Assembly: GCF_009834535.1 (NCBI RefSeq)
Contig: NC_045696.1
Coordinates: 93,064,001 to 93,128,000, forward strand
Reading direction: 5' to 3'
DNA from: Camelus ferus
Taxonomy: Eukaryota
DNA length: 64,000 bases
The notes under the pieces: generated by a model
Told to the model about the DNA's origin: nothing
Database searches by the model: none
Seen by the model: the letters and a program-made list of their open reading frames with translations, nothing else
Position numbers and translations under genes: made by a program
Part shown: in pieces, positions 51,021 to 64,000 of the stretch
Position numbering within the stretch: the first letter of the stretch is position 1
Layout: each line of letters begins with the position of its first letter

Positions 51021-52556
51021 GCTATATATTGTTTCTGCTATAGAAATGCTGTCTCAAGTCTGTATTTAAGCCTGGCAGAGGTGAAGAGAGCATTGTACCA
51101 TTACAGTAAGTGATTTAGATCTTACTTATGCTGTTCCATGTATCTGTTGCTTATTTTTTATATCCCATTCAAGTATACCTTCATGTAGTTAAAGCACTCT
51201 GAACAGCTCTGGTTGGTGTGAGATACTCAGCAGTCTTCTCTTCCCTCTCCTTCCTCCCTTTTCTTTTTCTTCTAAGGCTGAGGCTGATGTATGCACTTTC
51301 TTATCGTTGTTGATAGCATATCCATTGGAGGCAGCATTCAGTGACAACGATGTGGGAGCTCTGAAAGTCTCACTGCGGGTGGCCTGGTACCTGCCTCTAG
51401 AAACTGATGACTTTAAAACTTTCAAGTTTAGAGACTTTGCTTCACTGTCCTAGGACTTAGAAATGATGCAAAAATACCCACAGAAGTAATCCTACAGAAG
51501 ATGTCCTTAAGGGTCTAGATCTACATAAATCCACTTTAGAGAAAAGAGAAAAAATAATCCAGTGGGCATTTCAGTGGTGACTAATCCAGGATTCCACAGA
51601 GGTTTAAAAGCCATAACAGCAGCAGCAACTTATTAATTTTTGTAACTTTACGGCCACAGTTAGTGTCAAGGAAAACTGAGAAGAAAAGTGACACGGAGTG
51701 TAAACATGTCAGGTAATAGGAACAAAGTGGCATCAAAGCAGACAGCAAGGTTTTGTGATGCATCATCTGGAGGAAAGCAGACCCGGGGTCAAGTGTAGGG
51801 CAGAGCTCCCTGTTACATTTTCAAACTATATCCGAATTTTCTTTGATACCACATTAAGAAGTTTAGTTACTGAGAAGCATTTGAAACTCATTGCCTGAGA
51901 ATTTTACTTAGCAGTGATCAACTGGAATTTCTTTTATGGGGAGGACATAGCCCAGATAGATAGTGAAAGCATTAGTGCCCTTCAGATTAATTGTCTTAGT
52001 CTAAGAAACAGTAAAGGAAAAATCCTGGAATAACTGGTGGAGTTCCTCTGTCCTTGGGATGGATGGTGTATGAGTTGGTGACAGCCTATAGAAGGACTTG
52101 AAGAATGATGCAAACATAAAGGCTCAGTAGTTATAAATCGCGTTGTAGTTAATTGAAAGAGTAACAGAGATTTGGGTTTTTTTCCCTAGCAAGTTGATAA
52201 AAATGTTTCACAGTCAGATCAGGGATCTGTGTAATAGGAATCATCTTTGCAAATAAGTATCCAGAGCTATATTGTCGTTTGGGGTTGACTGGGTAGAGAC
52301 TGGTTTCTCTCCAGTCAGTGTGCTCTGTATTCATAAAGCCTGCCCCTCAAACCCTCTTTCTAACCCTTCTAAATCTTATATCCTTTCCAGTAATTTACTG
52401 CTATCATCATTGCTCTCACTAGACTATCTAAAGGAATTTTAATCATTTAGTAAAGAAAATAGTCTCTGTAGCTGTGTGTGTGTCCTGAAAGAGAAATCTG
52501 ACAAAGAGGTATCCTTCCGCTTAAGACAATTTCATGTTTCTGGGTATTTCTTACTT

Positions 52557-52743
52557 GAGTAGTTCTCAAAATCTGGCCCCTTGAACAAGTAGTATCGGCA
52601 TTATCTGGGAACCTGTTAGAAAGGCAAATATTTGGCTGGACTGCAGGGTCACTGAATTCAGGAACTTTAGATGTAGGGCCCAGCAATCGGTATTTCTGCA
52701 AGTTTTCCAGATAAGTCTGAGCATGATTGTTTAAGAACCACTC
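52557..52743. mobile_element. MER5A
   Basis: GTAGTTCTCAAA...CTGGGAACCTGTTAGAAAGGCA...GGGCCCAGCAATC...TTTAAGAACCACT. Confidence 0.85.
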
Positions 52744-53839
52744 TCTCCAAGTCATCTCTCTAACGTTCCTAAAATAGCATCTCAGCTTGGTCATGTATCA
52801 ATAAAAATCTTGACACAGTCTGTTTCTTTGAAATCCATGAATTTCTTTTTAAGTTAAAGATTACAAAATGGTTTTTTGCTCTTTCTCAATCTGACACTAA
52901 TTTAGTTGTGGTGAATTCTGTATTAATACACACATCGATAATTCACAGGTCCCATAATTCACATGCCTTTGGGGACAGCAAGGTAGCAGAGGAGAGTGAT
53001 GGAAAACCAACGTAAGAAAACAGTAAATAGTGACAACCTTGTGAACAAATGGGGAGTTCACTCCTTCCTGCTCAAATTCATTGAAATACATATTTAAAAG
53101 AATATTGTCTGATAAAACAGCACATACCTGCTACAACCTTTGGTTAACACTGCAGTCAATAAACCAAAAAAAAAAAAAAAAAAAATCTACTTACTCTCAA
53201 GAAAAGAATGTGTAAATAGTGACTTAATTCCGATTGCTGTTGGAATTACATATATATATGTAAGAAGCTTGGAGTAAATAAAAGAAAATTACAATGTATA
53301 GTACAGTAGAATTCTTTGCTTTGAGTTACTTTAGGAAACCAAAATAGGGTCTGTAACAAGGTTTAAAGACCTGTGAAGGCTTTGAGATTTTTTTTAATAA
53401 TGATTTTCTTTCCTCATCTGATTTCACTTAGTATTATGTTAAGAAGTGTATGCAAGAGCAAATACAAGACAGCTGCCACTTGAAAAGAAATCACAGCATG
53501 GAGAGGCAGAGAAACTAACGTAAGATGTACTTTTTTGATCTAAGATCACCACTATACAGGACTCTTGGGCTTTGGGATAAAAAAGTTAATAGAAGTAAAA
53601 CAAGTGTTACTGATTTCCTTTCATCTAATGATGTTTCAAAAAAGGGGTTTTTTGCCCCTTTCAAAAGACGATACTGGCTTTCTTGTTAGCATGTATTTCC
53701 CCTCCTCCTTGATCTTAAAACTTAAAACTTAAAAAATAGACTATTATCTTTCAGCTAAAAATATTTGTTGAGCTCCTGGAAACTATACTATACAATTAAA
53801 TAAAACTTAGATATATCTCAATATAACTGGAAGAAAAGA

Positions 53840-53962
53840 GACTATAATTGACATATGGCACTAAGTTTTATGGGTACAGCATAATGATTTGACCCACACA
53901 CATCATGAAATGATTATCACAGTAAGTTTAGTGAACAGTCAGCTCATACAGATATACAATTA
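53840..53962 (-). mobile_element. Older LINE-1 3' end, left half (resumes at ~62240)
   Basis: ATAATTGACATA...GTACAGCATAATGATTTGAC...AGTTTAGTGAACA. Confidence 0.75.
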
Positions 53963-54605
53963 AAAACCTAGATTTTCGCATAAGGAACTCTGGCCTGAAG
54001 GGCTGGGAGTGAGGCCTCTGCACGTACCCAGTGAGCAAGTGGGACTAGAGGAAGCACAGAGGGAAAAACAAGTCCACCTAGGAAAACCACAAATTAGTGA
54101 AATGTTTACTAAGGGCAGGCATTGCAGGGCAGATCTCTGCAAAGACAGGAGTCAAGGAAGACTTTAAGAGCAGGAACAAATGGGTAGAGAGGAGTGGCCA
54201 AGATGAGGGAGTAGAAAGACCCTAAGCTCACCTCCTCTCACGAGCACACCAAAATCACAACTAACTGCAGAACAACCATCAATGAAAAAAACTGGAACCT
54301 TACCAGAAAAGATCTTCTACAACTAAAGAGATAAAGGAACCACAAGGACATGGATAAGAGAGGTGGACTCACAGTATAGTCAAACCCCACACCTCCCAGG
54401 TGGGCAACCCACAAACTGGAGAATAGCTATACTGCAGGGGTTCTCCCACAGGAGTGAGAGTTCTGAGCCCCATCTTAGACTCCCCAGCCTGGGGGTCCAG
54501 CACTGGGAAGACAAGTCCCCAGAGCATTTGACTTTGAATGCCTGTGATGCTTAATTTCAGGAGCCCCACAGGACTGGGAAAAGTAGAGACTTCACTCTTG
54601 TTGAA

Positions 54606-54673
54606 TTACTACTATTACTATTACTATTGCTATTGCTATTACTATTACTATTACTATTACTATTACTATTACT
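54606..54673. repeat. (TATTAC)n microsatellite
   Basis: About 11 hexamer units, two of them TATTGC variants. Confidence 0.95.
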
Positions 54674-55138
54674 AGTAATTCAGTAAAAGCCTGGGCCAGA
54701 CCTACCTGCTAGAGAATCTCCTGGAGAGGCAGGGATGGTTGTGGCTCTCCCTGAGGACATAGACACTGGTGGCAGACATACTTGGGAACATTCAACCATG
54801 TGAACACAGCTCCTGATGGTTGCCATTCTTGGCTCATTAGAAATAAGACGTGGACCCAACCAACAGCCTGTAGGAGCCACTGCTAGGACCCCTCAGGCCA
54901 GAAAACTAACTGGGAAGCAACACAGCCCCCGCCATCAGCAGACAGACTGCCTTAAGACTTCCTGAGCTATAGCCACCTCTAGAATACCACTAGACATGGC
55001 CTGCCCACCAGAGGGCCAAGACCCAGCTGCACCCACCAGTGAGAAGGCATGGGTCCCACCAGGGAGCCTTCACAAACCTCTAGACCAGCCTTGCAAAGCA
55101 GGGGGCAGACACGAGAAGCAAGAAAACTATGATCCCAT

Positions 55139-56115
55139 CTCTGGAATATATAAACAGCTCATACAACTTAATAAGAAAAAACCAAACAACCCAATCCAAA
55201 AATAGGTAGAAGATCTAAACAAGCAATTCTCTAACGAAGACATACAAATGGCCAATAGACACATGAAAAAATGCTCAATATCACTAATTCTCAGAGAAAC
55301 AAACCAAAACTACAGTGAGATATCACCTCACACCAGTCAGAATGGCCATCATTCAGAAGTCCACAAATGATAAATGCTGCCAAGGGTGTGGAGAAAATGG
55401 AGCCCTCCTGCACTGTTGGTGAGAATGTAGTTTGGTGCAGCTGTTACGGAAAACAGTATGGAGGGTCTTCAAAAGACTAAAAATAGACTTACCATATGAC
55501 CCAAGAATCCCGCTCCTGGGCATATATCCAGAGGAAACTCTAATTTGAAAAGATACATGCACGCCAATGTTCATAGAAGCACTATTTACAATAGCCAAGA
55601 CATGAAAACAACCTAAACGTCCATCAACATATGACTGGATAAAAGAAGCTGTGGTATATTTATACAATGGAATACTACTCAGCCATAAAAATAAAATGCC
55701 ATTTGCAGCAACATGGATGAACCTGGAAAATGTCATTCTAAGTGAAATGAGTCAGAAAGAGGAAAAAAAAAAAATCACATGATAACACCTATATGTGATT
55801 TAAAAAAAAACCAACTTATTTCAAAACAGAAACAGACTCACAGACATAGAAAACAAACTTATGGTTACCATGGACAGATGGGGGTGAGAAGGGATAAATT
55901 GGGAGTTTGAGATTTGCAGATACTAAAATAGATAAACCACAAGCTTATACTGTATAGCACAGGAAACCATATTCAATATCTTGTAGTAACCTATGGTGAA
56001 GAATATGAGAACAAATGTATGTATGTTCCTGTGTGACTGAAATATTATGCTGTACACCAGAAATTGACACAACATTGTAAGCTGACTGTACTTCAATAAA
56101 ATATATTAAAAAAAG
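55139..56115 (+). mobile_element. Younger 5'-truncated LINE-1 nested in the 5' UTR of the large L1
   Basis: Perfect 17-bp TSD GAAAACTATGATCCCAT at 55122-55138 and 56116-56132. Confidence 0.95.
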
Positions 56116-56747
56116 GAAAACTATGATCCCATAGCCTGCAAACTGAGTCTGCCAACAGCCGCCGGACCCTACCCTGGGACCAGCTGGGTCCTGTCCCCAG
56201 TAGCAGGCCAGTACAACCTTTGGGGCACCCAGCCCCCATACCCAACGATCTGAAATTAGCACTGGGACCCCTGGGCCCTGTAGCCAGACTCCAGGAACCA
56301 GCACTGACTGCCAGTAGTCCAGCATTAACCCCAGGATCAGCCTTCACCTGCCAGTAAGTGGGCAACAGCTCCAGAGCCTTTGGGACCCTGCCTCTGCCCA
56401 CCAGTGAGCCAGCAGCAGACTTGGGGCTGTCTAGGGCTCTGCACCCAGCCACCTTGTGACCAGGCTCCACTAAATAGCATCCAGCAGCATCTGGACAGGG
56501 CAGAGCCTGGCAACCAATGAGACGGAAGGCCAGACAATCCTATCAGACTTCACATAGTCAGCCCCCTACAACAGAAGGACTCACACAGCTCTTTTAGGAG
56601 AAACCCCTAGAGTGTATAGCTTGGGTGATGAGAGGGGAGTACACTACTGGGGTGCATAGGATGTTTCCACAGAAGGCCCCTTCCCCAAGTTTGAGAGACA
56701 TAACTAACCTACCACATATATAAAATACAAATAGCAACTTAGACAAA

Positions 56748-57613
56748 ATGAGGTGGCAGAGGAATATGTTCCAGACAAGACAAGATAAAATCCCAGATGA
56801 ACTAGTGAGATAGGCAGTCTACTTTGAGAAGGAGTTCAGAGTAATGATCGTAAAGATGATCAAAGAATAAAGGAGAAGAATAGATGCACAGAGTGAGAAG
56901 TTAGAAGTTTTTAATGAAGAGTGAGAAAATATGGAAAACCACCGGAGACAAAGAATTCAATAACTGAAATAAAAAATACACTAGGAGGAATCAATAGTAG
57001 ACTAAATTATACAGAAAATGGAATCAGTGAGCTGAAAGTCAGAGTAATGAAAATCACTGCTGTTTTGTTGAACAACAACAACAAAAGAATAAAAAGAAAT
57101 GAGGGCAGTCTGAGAGACCTCTGGGACAACATGAAGAGCACTAATTTCCACATTATAGGGATCCCAGAGGAGACGAGAGAGAAAGGGCCTGAGAAAATAT
57201 TTGAAGAGACAATAGTTGAAAATTTCCCTAACTTGGGAAAAGAAATGGTTACCCAATTTCAAAAAGCTCATAAAGTCCCATACAGGATTAATCCAAAGAG
57301 AAACACACGAAGACATGTTGTAATTAAAATGGCAAAAATTAAAGATAAGGAGAGAATATTGACAGCAGCAAGAGAAAAGCAGTAAATAACATACAAGGGA
57401 AATTCTGCAGGCCAGAAGGGAGTGGCACAATATATTTAAAGTGATGGAAGGGAAGAGCCTACAACAAAGAACCACCTACCTGGCAGGACTCTCATTCAGA
57501 TTTGATGGAGAAATCAAAAGCTTTATAGACAAGCAAAATCTAGAAGAATTTAGGACCACAAAATTAGCTTTACAACAAATGTTGTAAATGTTGGTAAAAA
57601 GAAAGTTCTCTAG
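56748..57613 (+). pseudogene. LINE-1 ORF1p remnant (stops and frameshifts)
   Basis: ORF 56921..57385: LRDLWDNMK..IIGIPEE..IFEETIVENFPNL..PYRINPKRNT.RHVVIKM. Confidence 0.92.
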
Positions 57614-58089
57614 GCAAAAAAGAAAAGGCTATAACTAGAAACAAGAAAATTCTGAAATGGAAAAACTCACCAGTAAAGGAAAACATACAGTAAAGGTAGG
57701 AAATCGTTCACACACAAAGCTAGTTGGGAGGTTATAGACAAAAATAATAAAGCCATCTTTATCCACAATAAGAAGTGAAGGGATGCACAAAACAATTAGA
57801 TGTAAAATACGATATTAAAAACAGTGAGGGGAGGAGAGCACAAATGCAGGATTTTAAAAATGTATTTGAAATTAAGAGATCAGCAACTTAAAACAATTAT
57901 ATGTATATATAGTCTGCTATTCAAAAACTGCATGGTAACTGCAAACCAAAAATACATAGTAGATATACACACACAAAAAAAGAAAAAGAAATCTAAACCT
58001 AACACTAAGGATATTAGTCATCAAATGAAAAGAGAAGAGAAGAATGGAGAAAAATGACCTAAAAAAACAAATCCAAAACAGTCAACAAA

Positions 58090-61000
58090 ATGGTAATAAG
58101 AACATATATATTGATTATTACCTTCAATGTAAAGAGACTAAATGCTCCAACCAAAAGACATAGACTGGCTGAATGGATACAGAAACAAGACCCATATATA
58201 TGTTGCCTACAAGAGAACTACTTCAGATCTGGAGGCACATACAGACAGAAAGTAAACAGAACAAAAGTGATATTCCATGTAAATGAAAATCAGAAGAAAA
58301 CTAGAGTAGCAATACTTACAACAGACAAAATAGACTTCAAAACAAAGACTGTTACAATAGACAAGAACATGACATAATCATCTAGGGATCAATCCAAGAA
58401 GACATAACAATTGTAAATATACATGCACCCAACATGGGAGCACTTTAATATATAAGGCAAATATTAACAGACATAAAAGGAGAAATCAACAGTAACACAA
58501 TAATAGTGGGGGACTTTAACACCCCACTTACATCAATAAGCAGATCATCCAGAAAGAAAAATCAACAAGGAAACACAGGCCTTAAAAATAACACATTAGA
58601 TCGAATGGACTTAATTGATATTTGTAGAGCATTCTATCTGAAAACAGCAGAATCTACATTCTTTCCAAGTGCACACAAACATTCTCCAGGATAGATCACA
58701 TGCTGGCCCACAAAGCAAGCCTCAGTAAATTTAAGAAAATTGAAATCATATCAGGCATCTTTTCTGACCACAACACTATGAAACTAGAAATCAACAAGGA
58801 AAAAACTGCAAAAAACACAAATGCATGGAGGCTAAATAATATGCTAGTAAACAGTTGAAGAAATCAAAGAGGAAATTAAAAAAAAAAAACAACCTAGAGA
58901 CAAATGAAAATGAAAACATAATGGTCCAAAATATATGGGATGCAGCAAAAGCAGTTCTAAGAGGGAAGTTTACAGAGGTACAAGCTTACTTCAAGAAACA
59001 AGAGAAATCTCAAATAAACAACCTAAAATTATACTTACAAGAAGAGAAAGGAAAACAAACAAAACCCAAAGTTAGTAGAAGGAAAAAAATGAAAGATCAG
59101 AGCAGAAATAAATGAAATAGAGAATTAAAAAAAAATAGAAAAGATCAATATAACTAAAATCTTGTTCTTTGAAAAGATAAACAAAATTGAGAAACCTTCA
59201 GTCAGACCCATCAAGAAAAAAAGGAAGAGGACCCAAAACAATAAAATTAGAAATGAAAAAGAAGTTACAAGTGAACACAGAAATACCAAGGATCATGAGA
59301 GACTACTATGAGCCAATAAGACTACTACATGCCAATAAGATGGACAACCTAGAAGAAAAGGACAAATCCTTAGAAGAGCACAATCTCCCAAGACTGAACC
59401 AGGAGAAATAGAAAATATGAATAGACCAATTACCAGTGCTGAAATTGAATCAGTAATTTAAAAACTCCCAACACACAAAAGTACAGGACAAGATGGCTTC
59501 ACAAGTGAATTCTACCAGACATTTAGAGATGAGTTAACACCTATTCTTCTGAAACTATTCCAAAAAATTGCAGAAGAAGGAACACTCCCAAACTCATTCC
59601 ATAGGGCCACTATCACCCTGATACCAAAACCAGACAAAGATATCACAAAAAAAGAAAATACAGGCCAATACCACTGATGAACATAGATGCAGAAATCCTT
59701 AACAAAATACTAGTAAACCTAATTCAACAATACATTGAAAGGATAATACACTGTGTTCAAGTAGGATTTATCCCAGGGATGCAAGGATGTTCCAATATCA
59801 TCAAATCAATGTGATACAGCACATTAACAAATTGAGAAATAAAAAAAATATGATCACCTCAATAGGTGCAGAAAAAGGTTTTGATAAAATTCAGTACCCA
59901 TTTATGATTTTTAAAAGATTCTCCAAAAAGTAGGCATAGAGGAAACACACCTCAACATAATAAAGGCCATATATGACAAACCCACAGGTAATGTCATACT
60001 CAATGGCAAAAAGCTGAAAGCATTCCCTCTAAGATCAGTAACAAGAAAGGATGCCCAGTCTCATCATTTTTATCCATAGTTATGGAAGCACTAGTCACAG
60101 CAATCAGAATAAAAGGAAATAAAAGGAACCCAAATTGGAAAGGAGGAAGTAAAGCTGTCATTGTTTGCAGATGACATGATACTATACATAGAAAATCCTG
60201 AAGATGCTACCAGAAAACTACTAGAGCTCATCAGTGAATTTGGTGAAGTTGCAGGATACAAAATTAAGATACAGAAATCCGTTTCATTCTATACATTAAT
60301 AACAATATACCAGAAATTGAAATTACAGAAACAATCATTTATCATTGCATCAAAAAGAATAAAATACTTAGGAATAAACCTATCTAAGGCAAAGGACCTG
60401 TACTTGGAAAACTGTAAGATGCTGATAAAAGAAATTGAAGACAACATAAACAGATGGAAAGATACATCGTGTTCTTGGAATCACTTGTGAAGCCATCTGG
60501 TCCTGGACTTTTGTTTGTTGGGAGTTTTTGAATTACTGATTCAATTTCAGTATGGTTTAAATAACCATACTACCCAAGACAACCTACATATTCAGTGCAA
60601 TTCCTATCAAATTACCAATGGCATTTTTCACAAAACTAGAACAAAAAAAATTAAAATTTGTATGGAAACACAAAAGACTTTGAATAGCCAGAACAATCTT
60701 AGGAAGAATATAACTTGAGGAATCATGCTGTGTGGCTCCAGACTATACTACAAAACTAGTAATCAAAACAGTATGGGCACAAATATGGACATATAATATC
60801 AATGGAACAGGATAGAAAACCCAAAAATAAACCTACACACTTAGGGTCAATTAATCTATGACAAAGGAAGCAACAGTATACAACGGAGAAAAGGCAGTTT
60901 CTTCCATAAGTGGAGCCGGGAAAACTGGACAGCTCCATGCAAAAGAGTGAAATTACAGCATTCTCTAACACAATATACAAAAATAAACTCAAAATGGATT

Positions 61001-61900
61001 AAAGACCTAAATGTAAGACCAGATACTATAAAACTCCTAGAGAAAAATACAGGGAAAACACTTCGACTTCAATCACAGCAATAACATTTTTTGAACCAGC
61101 TCCTGGAGTAATGGAAATAAAAGCAAAAATGAAGAAATGGGACCTAGTTAAACTTAAAAACTTTTGCACACCAAAAGAAACCATAAACAAAATGGAAAGA
61201 CAACCTACAGAATGGGAGAAACCATTTGCAAACAATGCAACTGACAAGTGATTAATTTCCAAAATATACAAACAGCTCATACAGGTCAATATGGAAAAAA
61301 AAAACAATCAAAAAATGGGCAGAAGACCTTAATAGACATTTCTCTAAAGAAGAAATGCAGATGGCCAACAGGTACATGAAAAGATGCTCAGCCTTAATAA
61401 TTATGAGAGAAATGCAAATCAAAACTACATTGAGGTATCACTTCACATCAGTCAGAACATCATTAAAACATCTACAAATAATAAATGCTGGAGACTGTGG
61501 AAGAAAAGGAACCCTCCTGCACTATTGGTGGGAATGTAAACGTGTAGTCACTAAGAAGGATAGCATGGAGGTTCCTTAAGAAACTAAATACAGAGTTACC
61601 TTATGATCCAGGAATCATACTCCTTGGCCTATATCTAGAAAAGACAAAAATGCTAATTTGAAAAGATAAATGCACCCCAATGTTAATAGCAGCACTATTT
61701 ATAATAGCCAAGATGTAAATCAACCTAAATGTCCATCACAGATGCCTGGATAAAGAAGATGTGGCATATGTATACAATAGAATACTACTCAGTCATAAAA
61801 AAGAATGAAATAATGCCTTTTGCAGCAACATGGATGGACCCAGAGATTATCATACTAAGTAAGTCAAACATAGAAAGACAAATATATGATATCACTTATA
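58090..61900 (+). pseudogene. LINE-1 ORF2p remnant (endonuclease and RT), disrupted
   Basis: [57 protein letters not shown] in fragmented frames; 3' end approximate. Confidence 0.95.
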
Positions 61901-62239
61901 TGTAGAATCTAAAAAATTCCACATATTACATGAATGAACTTATTTCAAAACAGAAGTAAACTCACAGACATAGAAAACAGACTTATGGTTAGCAAAGGGG
62001 AAGGGGGAGTAGGGATCAATTAGGAGTTTGGGATTAACAGATTCACACTATTATATATAAAATAAGCAACAAGGATCTACTGTATAGCACAGAGAACTAT
62101 ATTCAATATCTTGTAATAACCTATAATGAAAAAGAACCTGAAAAAGAAAATATTATATGTATAACTGAATCACTTTGCTATACACGTGAAACTAAAATTG
62201 TAAATCAACTATACTTCAATTAAAAAATAAATACAAAAA

Positions 62240-62620
62240 TACACTTTCTTTTTGATGAAACCTTTTAGGATTTAGTATGTTAACAACTTTCATATGTAAC
62301 ATACAGCAGTGTTATTTATATTTTTCATGTTGTACATTATATCCCTAGTACTTATTTATCTTTTTTTAAAAATTAAAGTTGATTTACAATGTTATGTTAG
62401 TTTCTGGTGTGCAGAAAAGTTATTCAGTTATATATATGCATGTATTTTTATATTCTTTATTATAGGTTACTATAAGATATTGAAGGTACTTATTTATCTC
62501 ATAGTTGGAAGTTTGTACCTTTTGATTGCCTTCATCCAATTCCCCACTCCACCTCTGGAAACCACAAATCGGATCCCTTTTTCTAGGAGTTTGTTTATTT
62601 TTGAAGTATAATTGATATAG
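62240..62620 (-). mobile_element. Older LINE-1 3' end, right half, with a further short L1 tip inserted at 62362-62485
   Basis: TSD GTACTTATTTATCT at 62348-62361 and 62486-62499. Confidence 0.8.
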
Positions 62621-63399
62621 CCTCTCTTTTATTATTTTCTTTCAAACAAGATCATTTATATATGTTTTAAAACTAATATGTTTATGTTCTAATGACAGTG
62701 AAATTCTCTATATCCTGGTATTTTCAAAGATAAAAGGTAGATAAAAATTCTAAAAGTTTACCTAAGAAATTGGCCAGTTGTAGAACTCAGCTCTGAACTG
62801 TTCATTTCTGAAGTCGAGACTGCCTGCAGGGCCGGGGAGAGGGCAAGAGCAAAGCTGGTCATGGGGGACTGATGATTGGAAACAAATGCCCTATCTGAAG
62901 TAGGAACTTGCTACTCTCAGCTGGAACTGATTTTTGGTGTATAAGAGCTTAATCCAATGTTACCAGAACTTCCAATTTTTTTTACGAGAAGCTGAAAGTA
63001 TTTTTTTTAATGTGAAATCTTTGTATTTAAAATGCAGTCTATTAATCTTCTAAAAAAATGGTATTTGGGTCAGACACAATGCTCTGTTGCTATATCCTCA
63101 GAGCTGGCGCTTAATCACCCCTTTCTCTGGTGGCTACAGGGGTGATGGGTACAGGATGGGGCCTTTCTCTGAACCATTGGTCCATGAGACAAAGACTCCC
63201 GAAACATCTTTTTCTGGGTTATTGTCTAGATGCCCACTAGCAGTTGGCAGTTGCCCAGAAGATCTGGCTGTGTGGCATCCCTCGTAAAGAGTAAGCTCAT
63301 GTAGTTTAAAATCTTCAGTAAACCTTCATATGGGTACTGGAAAGGTGACCAGCTATTCCAGTTTGGATATGTATGGAATGGGAGAAGATGTTTGCAGAC

Positions 63400-64000
63400 C
63401 AGATATCAAAAATACATAGGGGACATTTATAACTCTAGCAAAAAACCAAATAAGCCAATTAAAAATGGGCAAAGAAACTGAATAGATATTTCTCCAAAGA
63501 AAATATACAAATGCCTAAAAAGAATATGAAAAGTGCTCCACATCATTAATCATCAGGGAAATAAAAATCAAAACCACAATGAGATATCACCTCACATCTG
63601 TTAGGATGGATATTATATATATATTTTAAAAAGATATGTGTTGACAAGGATGTAGACAAAAGGAAACCCTTGTACACTACTGGTGGGAATGTAAACTAGC
63701 AGCAATTATGGAAAATGGTATAGCACTCTCTCAAAAAATTAGACATAGAATTACCATATGATTCAGCAGTCTCACTTGTGGGTGTATATCCAAAGGATTG
63801 AAATCTCTATCTCTAAGAGACATGTGCACTCTCAGGTTCACTGCAGCATTATTCACAATAGCCAAGACATGAAAGCAACCTAAATATCTATGGACAGATG
63901 AGCAGATAAAGAAGATGTGGTGTATATCGCTACAATGGAATATTATTCAGTCTGGAAAAAGAAGGAAATCCTGCTACTGTGACAACATGGGTGAACTGGA
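63400..64000 (+). mobile_element. LINE-1 ORF2 end / 3' UTR, running off the window
   Basis: AAAACCACAATGAGATATCACCTCACA, GAATTACCATATGATTCAGCA, CAGCATTATTCACAATAGCCAAGA. Confidence 0.92.

Larger units (their letters stand above)
54187..62238 (+). mobile_element. Near-full-length inactive LINE-1 (5' UTR, ORF1, spacer, ORF2, 3' UTR, A tail)
   Basis: Starts GAGAGGAGTGGCCAAGATG; ORF1 and ORF2 remnants in order; ends AAATCAACTATACTTCAATTAAAAAATAAA. Confidence 0.93.

Noticed and set aside
56748..61900. Active LINE-1
   Set aside because: ORF1 and ORF2 are fragmented, and the 5' UTR is disrupted
1..64000. CRISPR arrays, operons or other prokaryotic systems; a named host gene
   Set aside because: The sequence is mammalian, has no regularly spaced repeat-spacer array, and has no exon I can assign to a known gene

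Overview
Mammalian genomic DNA, most likely camelid, judging from six tRNA-derived vic-1-type SINEs. I recognise no cellular protein-coding exon: the window reads as a repeat-rich gene desert or long intron, with LINE-1, L2, CR1/L3, MIR, ERV-L/MaLR/ERV1 LTRs and hAT/Tigger/Mariner fossils, and many nested insertions whose target-site duplications (TSDs) are still visible. The main observation concerns the single CpG island (~2510-3185). It carries GC-box, ZNF143-like and two YY1 motifs and ends at a strong + strand splice donor (AAG|GTAAGC, 3170). Read on the minus strand, it is the connection/RNase H part of a degenerate ERV-L pol gene that continues as CpG-poor RT and protease sequence to ~5015. 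This suggests an internal retroviral coding region, not an LTR, was converted into a CpG-island promoter and first exon of an antisense, probably non-coding, transcript. Also notable are a near-full-length L1 (54.2-62.2 kb) with a candidate 5' transduction, an inverted-repeat-flanked (TATTAC)n filler and an internal inverted templated insertion; a hAT-Tip100 element with transposase remnants; a twin-primed L1; and a consensus CTCF site. Repeat family names come from recalled consensus sequences and need RepeatMasker/Dfam confirmation. Boundaries of old repeats are approximate.
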